Origin: Eledone cirrhosa
Lineage: Eukaryota
Assembly (NCBI GenBank): GCA_964016885.1
Contig: OZ024751.1
Span: 3,720,001-3,784,000 of the forward strand
DNA: 64,000 bases
Direction: 5' to 3'
Shown one piece after another: positions 1-10,561 of the stretch; the stretch's first letter is position 1, and each line of letters opens with the position of its first letter. Both the position numbers and the translations under genes were made by a program. The notes beneath the pieces were generated by a model, which was not told where the DNA came from, made no database searches, and saw only the letters and a list, made by a program, of their open reading frames with translations.

Positions 1-97
1 CCCAGTACATTACTGGTACTTTATTTTATCGATCCCGTAAGGATGAAAGGCAAAGTTAACCTTGGTGGGATTTGAACTCAGACCATAAAGGGCCGTA
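1..97 (-). mobile_element. tRNA-derived Nin/Deu-domain SINE, partial copy
   Basis: Reverse complement of the B-box (GAGTTCAAATCCC) and core GCCTTTCATCCTTACGG..GATAAAATAAAGTACCAG found in many other copies in the window. Confidence 0.85.
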
Positions 98-153
98 TAT
101 TATATATTTATAATATATAATATATATATAATATATTATGTATATATATATAT

Positions 154-257
154 AATTGTTTCTACTTTTGGCACGAGGCCAGCAATTACCCAGTGCATAA
201 CTGGTACTTTATTTTATAGACCCCGTAAGGATGAAAGGTAAAGTTAACCTCGGCGGG
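154..257 (-). mobile_element. Same SINE family, 5'-truncated copy
   Basis: Tail AATTGTTTCTACTTTTGGCAC and core match other copies. Confidence 0.85.
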
Positions 258-297
258 TTATTGTATATTAATCTGTATTGTATTTTAATCTGTATTG

Positions 298-363
298 TAT
301 TTTATCTGATGAAAGCGCACCATAGTTTGCCTTGGTAGCCCTTGAAATATGTATAATAAAATA
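298..363 (+). ncRNA. Minimal type I hammerhead ribozyme (Penelope-type, family A)
   Basis: TATTTTAT-CTGATGA-AAG..CTT-GAAA-TATGTA-TA-ATAAAATA: stem I, core, stem II, GAAA, short near-palindromic stem III, AUA triplet. Confidence 0.7.
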
Positions 364-426
364 AATATGGTTTTATAAATATAGTTTCCAGTTGTTAATA
401 TATTGTAATAAAAATATATATATATG

Positions 427-429
<3 letters not shown>

Positions 430-518
<89 letters not shown>
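430..518. repeat. (TA)n microsatellite, representative of many such tracts (e.g. 1835-1960, 5341-5390, 12917-12968, 17833-17906, 21797-21889)
   Basis: Direct inspection. Confidence 0.97.
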
Positions 519-521
<3 letters not shown>

Positions 522-598
522 GGAAATCAGTAAAATCGAATCTCTGGCGGTTTGCAAGTAAATTCGACCTATATATATATATATATATACATATATAT

Positions 599-1836
599 AT
601 TGTTATACTTTGGGAGGGTAATGTTGCCAATAAGAAACACACGCAACAGTTGCTTTCACTTCAATTTATTATAATAAATTTATAAATTTAGGAATTTATA
701 AATTTCCGGTTGGTTGGTTGGTTCCACAACCAGATGGTTGTTTATATATTGTCAAAGTTCTTTCGTCACACATTCTGTGACCTCTTCAGTGACTGGGGAT
801 TCTTTTCTTTGTTTTTGTGCCTCTCCTTTGTTCTGTCCTACGCCATCTTGTTTCTGTGTGTGTGTTGTGTGCTCAGTTTGCGCATGCGCCACATCCGGAT
901 GTCTGTGTGTGTTTATATTCGTTTATTTATTTGTTTATTTACATGTTACAGGTTGGTTGTTTGTTTTATGTGCGTGTGTGTTTTCATTTCGTCCTTAATT
1001 GTAAGTTGTGATGTTGCTGTTCCACTCATGTTTTCTATTTAATTTTGGTTGTAATTCTTTTTATGTTTATTGCCCTCTGTGATTTGTCTAAACATTGCGT
1101 CTTTTCTGTGTGTAGATTCTATTTTTATTTCTATGTTCTCTAATTTACCCTTATGTTCTATTTTAGCATGTTGTTAGAGTACAGATGATTCTTTACTATC
1201 TTGAAGGTCTCGCTAGTGTTCATTTACCCGTTCCCCTACACTACGAGCTGTCTCACCTATGTACACTATATTTTTGTCTCTACATTGTCCTTCAGTACAT
1301 CTTATGCTATATACTACATTTCAAGTTTTACAGTTAATATGGGGGCTTAATTTACAGGTTATACATTTCTTATCTATACAGGGGGTCTTTGAAAGGGGTA
1401 TGTCTTGCTAATAAGTGTTTTTATGGAGGTACCTGGTCTTTCTACTATCTTAATATTGAGTTTATGTTTATCTAAGGGCCCTTCTAAATTTGTAAGCTAA
1501 TTCACCTCTAGGGGTTGTATCGATGAACATTACACTCTGGTATTTATTGCTATCATACCATGAGTTTATTCTATTAGCCTTATTCCTAGTTCTTTCTATT
1601 CTATTCCAAAATTTGCTCCTATACAAGGGGCAGGTCCCATTTGTGTCATTATTTACCATTTTTTCCCATTTGGTTCTGGCTCCTCTATACACTCTGATTT
1701 TATCTCTCTGATTGTAACCAGAGAACTGCATACGGTGGATGAAGTGTTGTATGTGTCTCTCAAGTTCTTCGGGGTTGCACATGCGGGACACGTTTCTTAT
1801 CACCCGTACCAAATCCGCAATCAGTATGTTGTACAT
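599..1836 (-). mobile_element. Penelope-like element (Naiad/Neptune-like), 5'-truncated: RT thumb, Cys-rich linker, GIY-YIG endonuclease, pLTR
   Basis: ORF 1468-1836 (RMQFSGY) continues through frameshifts as CIDKKCITC..NCKT*NVVYSIRC..C..VYIGETARSVGERVNEH; flanked on both sides by (TA)n; 3' end repeated at 17906 and 22070. Confidence 0.85.
751..793 (-). ncRNA. Minimal hammerhead ribozyme in pLTR (family B)
   Basis: Minus strand GTCA-CTGAAGA-G-GTCACA gaatg TGTGAC-GAAA-GAAC-TT-TGAC. Confidence 0.7.
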
Positions 1837-1837
1837 A

Positions 1838-1962
<125 letters not shown>

Positions 1963-2001
1963 GGAAAGTTATATTTAAATTGTTGGGTTACAACTATATT
2001 G

Positions 2002-2067
2002 TATTTTGTCTGAAGAAGGCATAACATATTGTTAATATGATATCCCTGAAATATATATAATGAAATA
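2002..2067 (+). ncRNA. Minimal hammerhead ribozyme (family A variant)
   Basis: TATTTTGT-CTGAAGA-AGG..CCT-GAAA-TATATA-TA-ATGAAATA; downstream flank homologous to the copies at 298 and 25310. Confidence 0.7.
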
Positions 2068-2287
2068 AATATGGTTTTATAAATATAGTTTCCATTTATT
2101 TAATATCGTATATATATATATATATATATATTTACACATATACACATATACACATAGTAGAAGATGAGTGAAGAATAACGTGGTCGGCTGTACAATAGGG
2201 TTTATTTAAAATATTAATAATTGTTTCATTAGTCCGGTGTGTCTAAAAATCTCTGATCGTTAGAACCCACGTCACTCGATTTTAATT

Positions 2288-2339
<52 letters not shown>

Positions 2340-2499
2340 GCATATGTGTGTGCGTGTGTGTTTGTATAGATAGACGGATACTGAAGATGTGTATGCGGGA
2401 TGCGGGAAAGATCTTAAGAAAACCTGCCATTACAAACAAATTGTGGAATCGAAATATTTTGTTCAGAATTAATGTCCATATTATTGTGTAGATTAAATT

Positions 2500-2960
2500 T
2501 CCATGTCTGTATAGATTTAGCTCCATGAGTACTGCCTATGTTTGTATAGATTTAGGTATATATGTGTATAGATTTAGGTCTGTGTGTATAGATTTAGGTG
2601 TGTGTGTATAGATTTAGGTGTGTGTATAGATGTAGGTGTGTGTGTATAGATTTAGGTCCATGTATATAGATTTAGGTGTGTGTGTATAGATTTAGGTCTG
2701 TGTGTATAGATTTAGTTCTGTGTGTATAGATTTAGGTCTGTGTGTATAGATTTAGCTCTGTGTGCATAGATTTAGGTCTGTGTGTATAGATTTAGGTCCA
2801 TGTGTATAGATTTAAATCTGTGTGTATAGATTTAAGTGTGTGCGTGTATAGATTTTGGTCTCTGTGTGTAGATTTATGTCTGTGTGTATAGATTTAGATC
2901 CATGTGTATAGATTTAGGTCTGTGTGTATAGATTACGTCTGTGTGTATAGATTATTGCTT
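2500..2960. repeat. ~20-bp minisatellite (GTGTATAGATTTAGGTCTGT)
   Basis: About 20 degenerate tandem units. Confidence 0.92.
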
Positions 2961-3117
2961 GTGGGTGGATTTAGGCCTATATGTATGTAAAACTGTACTC
3001 GATAGTTGTGTAGAATTAGACCTGATGTGGAATTAATGATTGATTTACGTAGAATAAGATTCCTGTTTATAGGATTGATGTTGTTGAATGTAGACTAAGA
3101 TTCGTGTGCCTATAATT

Positions 3118-3303
3118 AATTGTTTCTACTTTTGGCACAAGGCCAGCAATTATCCCAGTGCATTACTGGTACTTTATTTTATCGACCCCGTAAGGATGAA
3201 AGCCAAAGTTAACCTCGGCGGGATTTGAACTCAGAATGGCAAGGGCCGTAACTCTATGCGTCAAAGCATGGCGTCCGACCCTCTACCGATACTGCCAATC
3301 CAC
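3118..3303 (-). mobile_element. Nin/Deu-domain SINE, near full length
   Basis: A-box TGGCAGTATCGG, B-box GAGTTCAAATCC, core and tail on minus strand; AATTAAT on both flanks. Confidence 0.9.
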
Positions 3304-3506
3304 AATTAATACTGATGTATATAGGACAGGTTTATACATGTGTATAACTGGCGTTGGTGTTTGGAATGAGGTTTTGGTGTGTATAATTAATACTGATGTA
3401 TATAGCACAAGTTTTATATATGTGTATAACTGACGTTGGTGTATAGAACAAGATTTTGGTGTGTATAATTGACGTTTTAATGTGTATATAATTGTATAGA
3501 ATAATG

Positions 3507-4688
3507 CAGGGATCGCAGACTCAATGGCTCAGAAAGGCCACTACGTCCTGGGAAGAGGCACAGGGGGCCAAAACTGAAGGGAGCCATTTCCACCAGTTGT
3601 GATGCTAATTGGCTGCTTTAATGGTTGTCACTGGCCATTGTCCAAGAAAATACTTTTGCGGCCTTGTCGCGGGGCGCAGCACCAACACCGCCGCGCCCTA
3701 AGTCTAAAGACTATCACCCTCCCTCTTCCACCTCCCATTCTTCTGTGACCCTAGAGCCCTTGCCCTTCCCTTCATTTTCCGTGTTTAGATATCGGTAGTG
3801 TTGTTGTTATTTGAAATAGCTCTGTAATACAACTACTATTTGTTGTTTGTTGTTGTTGTTATTTTCATCACAATAAATACACACATGATAATGAGATATG
3901 TGAATTTGTACAAAATGTGCGGGGACAAATTTTCCATTCCAAAATTTCTTTAATTTCAAAATGTTGTAGTTTGATTGAAGCATTGTATATGATATATAAT
4001 GTGGCAAGAGATAGAAGGCTAAACAATGCAAATTTCTTTAATTTCGATTTTAATTTTGTTAAATTACATTTTTTCCGTTTTCACTTTTCATAAATTCGCT
4101 CTCCTTTCGTTTTGTATTTCGTGGGTAAATTGCAATAAATTGTACTAAAAATGTTATTATAACAGGGAAAATTACAATGTCTTGGGAAAATATTAAGCTT
4201 CTTCTTCTCCCACTTAATCCTGGAAGGGTCGTTGGGGTAGAGTCCTCTAACTCTACTTCCAGCGGGTCCTGTCAGAAGCAACCGTCTCCAACTGATCCTG
4301 CTGGATCACCAAGTTCATGACTGTAATCCAATCATCTTGCTCGGGGTCTACCCCTGGGTCTTCTGCCGATTGGTTTTGCCCGTAAAATCTGTCCAGTGAT
4401 CCTTTCCTGAGACATTCTAACCACATATCCATTGTATCGGAGCTGTGATCTCTCAATTCGGAGAAGTAGCGGCTGTACCTGGAGTGATTCTCTTATCTCC
4501 GAGTTACGCACTTTATCGAGTAACGTTACCCCAAAGACTCTTCGAAGGAATCCCATAATATTATTATAACAAGTGAAATTACAATGTTTGGGGAAAATAA
4601 TAACCAAGAAACTTTTTCTACCGCGGGCCATAGGAAAGTAATTTTGCAGGCCACAAGCGGCCCACAGACCACGTGTTTGAAGCCCCTG
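3507..4688. mobile_element. Non-autonomous hAT-like DNA transposon with nested insertions
   Basis: Termini CAGGGATCGCAGAC ... GTTTGAAGCCCCTG; 8-bp flanks GAATAATG / GAATAAGG (7/8 TSD). Confidence 0.7.
4200..4555 (-). mobile_element. RTE-clade LINE 3' fragment
   Basis: MGFLRRVFGVTLLDKVRNSEIRESL..IERSQLR..GRRPRGRPR..W; flanked by a ~48-bp direct duplication (4150-4197 / 4556-4603); homologous to 38440-38790. Confidence 0.85.
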
Positions 4689-4977
4689 GAATAAGGCTTG
4701 ATTATGTATATATAATTGATGTTGTACTGTGAAAATAAAGCTTTACGTTAATGTATGTAAAATATGGTTCACGAGCTTGATGTGTGTAAAATAATGCTTT
4801 CGTATGTATAATACTCAATGTACACACGGCCGGGCGTATAAGGTTGACGAGTCGGAAGCCTACAGGCCCCACAGCAGTAATAGGGTGAAAGATTTTAATG
4901 GAGCCCCGAAATACCTGGAAATCAAGTGACCCCGTTATGAGTTAATACCTACTGGAATGTATGAATGTATATAGATT

Positions 4978-5270
4978 TATGCTTACATGTGTGTAGTCAA
5001 TGTATATATGTAGAATAAGGCTTACATGTGTGTAGTCAATGTATGTGTGTAGAATAAGGCTTACATGTGTGTAGTCAGTGTATATATGTAGAATAAGGCT
5101 TACATGTGTGTAGTCAATGTATGTGTGTAGAATAAGGCTTACATGTGTGTAGTCAGTGTATATATGTAGAATAAGGCTTACATGTGTGTAGTCAGTGTAT
5201 ATATGTAGAATAAGGCTTACATGTGAGTAGTCAATGTATGTATGTGTGTAGAATAAGGCTTAAATGTGTA
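4978..5270. repeat. ~39-bp minisatellite (GTAGAATAAGGCTTACATGTGTGTAGTCAATGTATATAT)
   Basis: About 7 tandem units. Confidence 0.92.
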
Positions 5271-5338
5271 TAATTTGGAAATGGGGTGTGTTTACATAGC
5301 GCGGGCTCATTTGTTCATAATTAACACACTCAAGTAAT

Positions 5339-5393
<55 letters not shown>

Positions 5394-5877
5394 ACGTATG
5401 TTTTGAAACAGTGAGCGAGTTTGAAATTAGAAATATAAGCTTTCGCCGTATTTTTGACTAAAGAAATTTTTACACACATCTCGCTGCAACCATCCTTCCA
5501 AGGACACATTGAGTTCTAACAACGTTATCAACCCCACCACAACTAGCTGGATTTCGATATATATATATATATACACATGAGAACCAGGTGAAACTCCAGA
5601 GTAGCAAGACTCACAATTTAGCCTTAAAATGAATATTTAAACTATACTTCAGTATTGACTATTTTTTTCTCCTGTCCGTCAACTACATACGGATGTATAT
5701 ATATATATATATATGGATTGAGAGGGACGAGGCTGTGTGGTTACTGATAATGAATGTTAGAAAGTTATGGGAACACAAACAAGAGATAGACATTTTCCCT
5801 TCATCTACTACGGATGTTTCAGCGGTGTGTGAATATATAAACAATACTAATGTGTAGAATGACGAAAGTAAACTTAC

Positions 5878-6225
5878 CTTTGTTGTTTTGTGAATTCGTG
5901 ACTTTAGTGTTCCCCAAAATCTCATCTATAGAATGCTGATTGTAATTATTGGTGGTGGTGGACGTCGTTGAGATCACCCTTTGGGGTCCTTCGATTAAAG
6001 ATCTAGGAAGAAAACTGTTGGGGCACCCTAAACTTCCTGCTTGATGGTTCCTATCATTGGCACCGATGACTATACCACCGTTTAAAGGCAACGATGACAT
6101 CCCTGTGGCTGCCAACAAACCGGGTTTCTCTTCGAGAGGATCCAAACATTGGAGGGAGTAGTTATCGCAATAGACTTTCTCTGCCTTGATATAGGTTGGA
6201 GAGATAGCAGACATCCTCATTGGTG
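5878..6225 (-). CDS. Probable host-gene exon of an eh1/octapeptide-containing transcription factor (paired-class homeobox-like)
   Basis: Acceptor ccccttctctccAG| before 6225, donor AAG|GTAAGT at 5878/5877, 348 nt, open frame, phase 1-1, non-repetitive; encodes ..IKAEK..NQHSIDEILGNTK.. Confidence 0.7.
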
Positions 6226-7049
6226 CTGGAGAGAAGGGGCTTAAGGGAGGATGGAGTTAAGGGAGGATGGAGTTAAGGGGGGGGATGGAGTAAAGGGAGG
6301 ATGGATGGATGGAGTTAGGGAAGAAGGATGGATGGAAGGATAGGTGGATAGAAAGATTGGAGGGGGGAGCTGGAAGGATAGGTGGATAGAAAGATGGGTG
6401 GATAGAATGGCAGGGCAAACTCGGGAATATAAGAAAGAGACAGAGAAATGGGGTGGATGCGAGATAAGACAATAGGGAAGAAGAAATTCAGAAATACAAG
6501 GAAGAAGACGAAAAAATAGAATAGGGGTGAGATGAGATTGGTGGGTGCGGTAGAGGTAAGTCAGGGTGGCATGAAGAGCCTAGTTCTTTAACTGAGCCTA
6601 GTTCTTTACTTGTCTAGCTTTGAAAATACTTTATGAAATTGCTGAAAATACTTTCGTTATTGTTGATATTGTAGTTATTGCTGCTGATGTTGTTGTTGTT
6701 GTTAGCTCTGTTTATGTTGTAGCTGGATTGATGCTGATGGTGATACCAATTGTTGAAGTTGTTGTTGTTGATATTGCAGACGTTGTTGTTGATGATGATG
6801 ATGATGTTGACTTTGCTGTTGTTGTTGTTGTTGATGATGCTATTATTTATATTGTTGATATTATATACATGATGTTGTTTAATATTGTTATCAATATCAT
6901 TATTATTAATGTTGTTACCAACTATTGGTGTTTTTGTTGTTGTCAGTGGTGGTGTTGTTGTTATCACTGTTGTTGTTGTTGCTGATGGTGATATCACTGT
7001 TGTTGTTATATGTTGTTTTATGTTTACCTCCTCCAAACACTGTTGTAAC

Positions 7050-7560
7050 TGTTGTTGTATGTTGTTAGTGTTGTCACTGTTGTTGTATGTTGTTAGTGTT
7101 GTCACTGTTGTTGTGTGTTGTTAGTGTTGTCACTGTTGTTGTATGTTGTTAGTGTTGTCACTGTTGTTGTGTGTTGTTAATGTTGTCACTGTTGTTGTGT
7201 GTTGTTAATGTTGTCACTGTTGTGTGTTGTTAATGTTGTCACTGTTGTTGTGTGTTGTTAGTGTTGTCACTGTTGTTGTGTGTTGTTAATGTTGTCACTG
7301 TTGTTGTATGTTGTCACTGTTGTTGTATGTTGTTAGTGTTGTCACTGTTGTTGTGTGTTGTTAGTGTTGTCACTGTTGTTGTGTGTTGTTGGTGTTGTCA
7401 CTGTTGTTGTGTGTCGTTAGTGTTGTCACTGTTGTTGTGTGTTGTTAATGTTGTCACTGTTGTTGTATGTTGTTAATGTTGTCACTGTTGTTGTATGTTG
7501 TTAGTGTTGTCACTGTTGTTGTGTGTTGTTAGTGTTGTCAATGTTGTTGTGTGTTGTTAC
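7050..7560. repeat. ~27-28-bp (GTT)-derived minisatellite TGTTGTCACTGTTGTTGTGTGTTGTTAG
   Basis: Tandem units preceded by GTT/GAT low-complexity sequence from 6650. Confidence 0.9.
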
Positions 7561-7614
7561 TGTTATTAGTGTTATTACTGTTATTGTTTTAATGACTTAT
7601 TTTGTTTCTCTGCA

Positions 7615-7742
7615 ATACTATCACAACTTCTGCGATACTATCACAACTTCTGCGACACTATCACAACTTCTGCGACACTATCACAACTTCTGCGACATTA
7701 TCACAACGACACTATCACAACTTCTGCGACATTATCACAACT
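7615..7742. repeat. 20-bp minisatellite CTATCACAACTTCTGCGACA
   Basis: About 6 units. Confidence 0.9.
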
Positions 7743-7846
7743 TTTGTTCTTCAAGGAATATTTCAAAATCATACTTAATACAATGTTTTGTTGTTGTTTA
7801 TCAGATACAATTAGCTATGATGTCTATCTGTGTATGTGTCAGTGTA

Positions 7847-7898
<52 letters not shown>

Positions 7899-7985
7899 CG
7901 TGTGTGCATGTGTGTGTGTGAGAGAGAGAGAGTGTGTGTGTGTATACATGCTCCAGCATGCAGTAAAAGAATAATAGTACATGTG

Positions 7986-8098
<113 letters not shown>

Positions 8099-8141
8099 AA
8101 TTATGTAAATGTGTGTGTGTATATATAAGTATGTATATATG

Positions 8142-8175
<34 letters not shown>

Positions 8176-9269
8176 CGTGTGTGCGTATGTATGTATAATT
8201 AATTAATTAATTCAATATTAACTTTTATAATCTATTGCGCGAACAAATCGACGAAAATGTTGGCAATAAGAAATAAAAGATCAACGTAAAAAGAATGTGT
8301 GTATGTGTGTGTATATGTGTGTATGTGTTTATATGTGTCTGTCTGTGCGTGCGTTTGTGTGTATGTATATGTGGGTGTGGGTATGCAATTTTTGTTTGTT
8401 TGTTCATAAACTCCCTTCTGCGTTAAAATGTCCTAAAAACGTCTTTTGTGTATCCTTATTGTACACAGACTCCTTAATATTCTTGGTCTTCGTCAACTCA
8501 AAACAGTTTAGGCCGCACCCTCATTTGAACAACAACAGCAAGAAGAAGAAGATGAAATATATCTATAAAAAATATAGTATTGTATAAATAATATATAAAT
8601 ACCATTTTTTGTTTAAAAAGTTTAGACAAAATCCATGTAACTGCAACAAAAAAGAAAATCGGAAAAGAAATTATGACATTACGTTACTTATTGTGATTTT
8701 TTACTGTAAAAATGGACCATCTGTTGATGAATTCTAGGTAAATACAGTGTGGTTGTTGTGGTTGTGGTGGTTGTTGTTGATGTTGTTGTGGTTGTTGTTC
8801 GTAAATCAGAAAATGTTTTGTTGTTAAGAAACAAAAAGTAAAAAAATATATTTAAAATGAAAGCAGCGATCTTATTCCTCCACCTCACAGAACTTAATAT
8901 TCCTTGGTGTGCCTTGATTTGTCAGCTTCACTTGCTGCCACCCCCAGCAGCCCACCACCACCAATCCCCAACTTTACTATTGCCCTCCACCACCTCTTTC
9001 AGTGCTAACCCATAGCATTCACTCCTGCTACCGCCTTGAATACATCACCTCGCCACCACCACCACCACCACCTTCACTACTTCTCCCTGCCACCACCTTC
9101 ACCACTCCCCCACCACCACCTTCATTACTCCCTTTCCCACTTAACCACCACCACCACTATGTCTTCGAGAAGTTATCCAAACTCTAAAACACATTTATTC
9201 TGATTGGCAGATATTTTCTACAAATAGATTTTGGTTAGCTGCTTCCTTCGGCTGTTTGGTAAATACAAT

Positions 9270-9476
9270 CTCCCTACCTACATACCTACCTCCCTACTTC
9301 CCTCCCTACCTACATACCTACCTCCCTACTTCCCACCCTACCTACATACCTACCTACCTCCCTACTTCCCTCTCTACCTACCCGCCTACCCACTTACCTA
9401 CCTAATTCCCTACATACCGCCCTACCTACCTATCTACATACCTATCTGCCCACCTATCTACCCACCTACCTACCTA
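9270..9476. repeat. Degenerate (CCTA)n tetranucleotide repeat
   Basis: Direct inspection. Confidence 0.85.
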
Positions 9477-10069
9477 TATATATGTGTGTGTATGTGTATG
9501 TGTGTGTGTGTGTTTATGACCCATAAACTGGTAGTTCGACAAAAAGAGATCGATATAATAATTATCTGACTTGTAAAAATAAAAACGTTCTTGGGTTGAT
9601 ACAATCGACTTTAAGGCGGTTCTGCTCCATGTTTGGTCGGGGTTTAAATTATATAAAAAGTATACAGTGAGTGAATACGTGTGAGAGTGGAGGAGACGGG
9701 CGGGTGAGGAACTAGTTTGGAGGGGGGGCTGGTAAGTAATAACTTTGAATCGTAATACAACAGTACGGTAGAGTGTGGAAAAGTTCCCCGAAATGGGCGG
9801 GGCTTAAGCCTAAAGGTGGGCGTGTCAAAGAATCATTCTTTGATGTGAAGACAACGTTGTCTGCATATATTAACTGACGTTGCTAAATCTATGTAGATTC
9901 CTTGTTCTATGTATGTCCTTACAGTAAATTGACCATATTGACGTGGGTGTGGTTAGTAGGTGTGTGGGTTGTTGTATAGCGACGGTTCTTAATACGATGA
10001 ATGGTAAATAAATATATACACCAGGTACGTCTCTCCCGCTCTTCCCATCTCTCACTATTATGAGCAAAT

Positions 10070-10254
10070 GGCGGTAAATTGGCAGCATCGGTAGAGGGCC
10101 GGACGCCATGCTTTCCAGCATAGTTACGTCCCTTTATGGTCTGAGTTCAAATCCCGCCAAGGTTAACTTTTCCTTTCATCCTTACGGGGTCGATAAATTA
10201 AAGTACCAGTAATGTACTGGATAATTGCTGGCCTTGTGCCAAAAGTAGAAACAA
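10070..10254 (+). mobile_element. Nin/Deu-domain SINE, full length with 17-bp TSD
   Basis: A/B boxes, core, tail; ACTATTATGAGCAAATG on both sides. Confidence 0.92.
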
Positions 10255-10428
10255 CTATTATGAGCAAATGGGGGTCCACGCGCCGGCCGCCCTGCATCCC
10301 AGGTGGACGGAATAGGGACCATAACATTATTTAAGGAATCGGTGAACATTAAACAACCTTTGTCTGCTAGTAATTATGTTATTAACTTTCTTTCGTATAT
10401 TAAATAATTGTCACTCATTATTGATCTA

Positions 10429-10561
10429 GAGTTATGGCCCTTGCCATTCTGAGTTCAAATCCCGCCGAGGTTAACTTTGCCTCTCATCCTTACGGGGTCG
10501 ATAAAATAAAGTACCAGTAATACACTGGGTAATTGCTGGCCTTGTGCCAAAAATAGAAACA
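10429..10561 (+). mobile_element. SINE, 5'-truncated, 13-bp TSD
   Basis: ATTATTGATCTAG on both sides. Confidence 0.9.

Noticed and set aside
285-685. ORFs rich in YI/IY, CV/VC or HT repeats (also 1735-2526, 7523-8407, 20719-22047)
   Set aside because: Translations of (TA)n and (GT)n microsatellites
1321-1323. In-frame TGA in the Penelope linker as possible selenocysteine (some Naiad elements are selenoproteins)
   Set aside because: It sits at a non-Cys position (CKT*NVVY, likely CGA to TGA); linker cysteines are TGT, other stops and frameshifts are nearby, and no SECIS was recognised
2500-5270. Regular repeats resembling CRISPR arrays (also 7050-7742)
   Set aside because: No unique spacers, no cas genes, eukaryotic context; these are minisatellites
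6614-7105. Asn/Thr-rich ORF and a possible 12-nt micro-exon (CAG|TGTTTGGAGGAG|GTAAAC near 7028-7039) upstream of the eh1 exon
   Set aside because: Low-complexity repeat-derived sequence with no pyrimidine tract; cannot be supported
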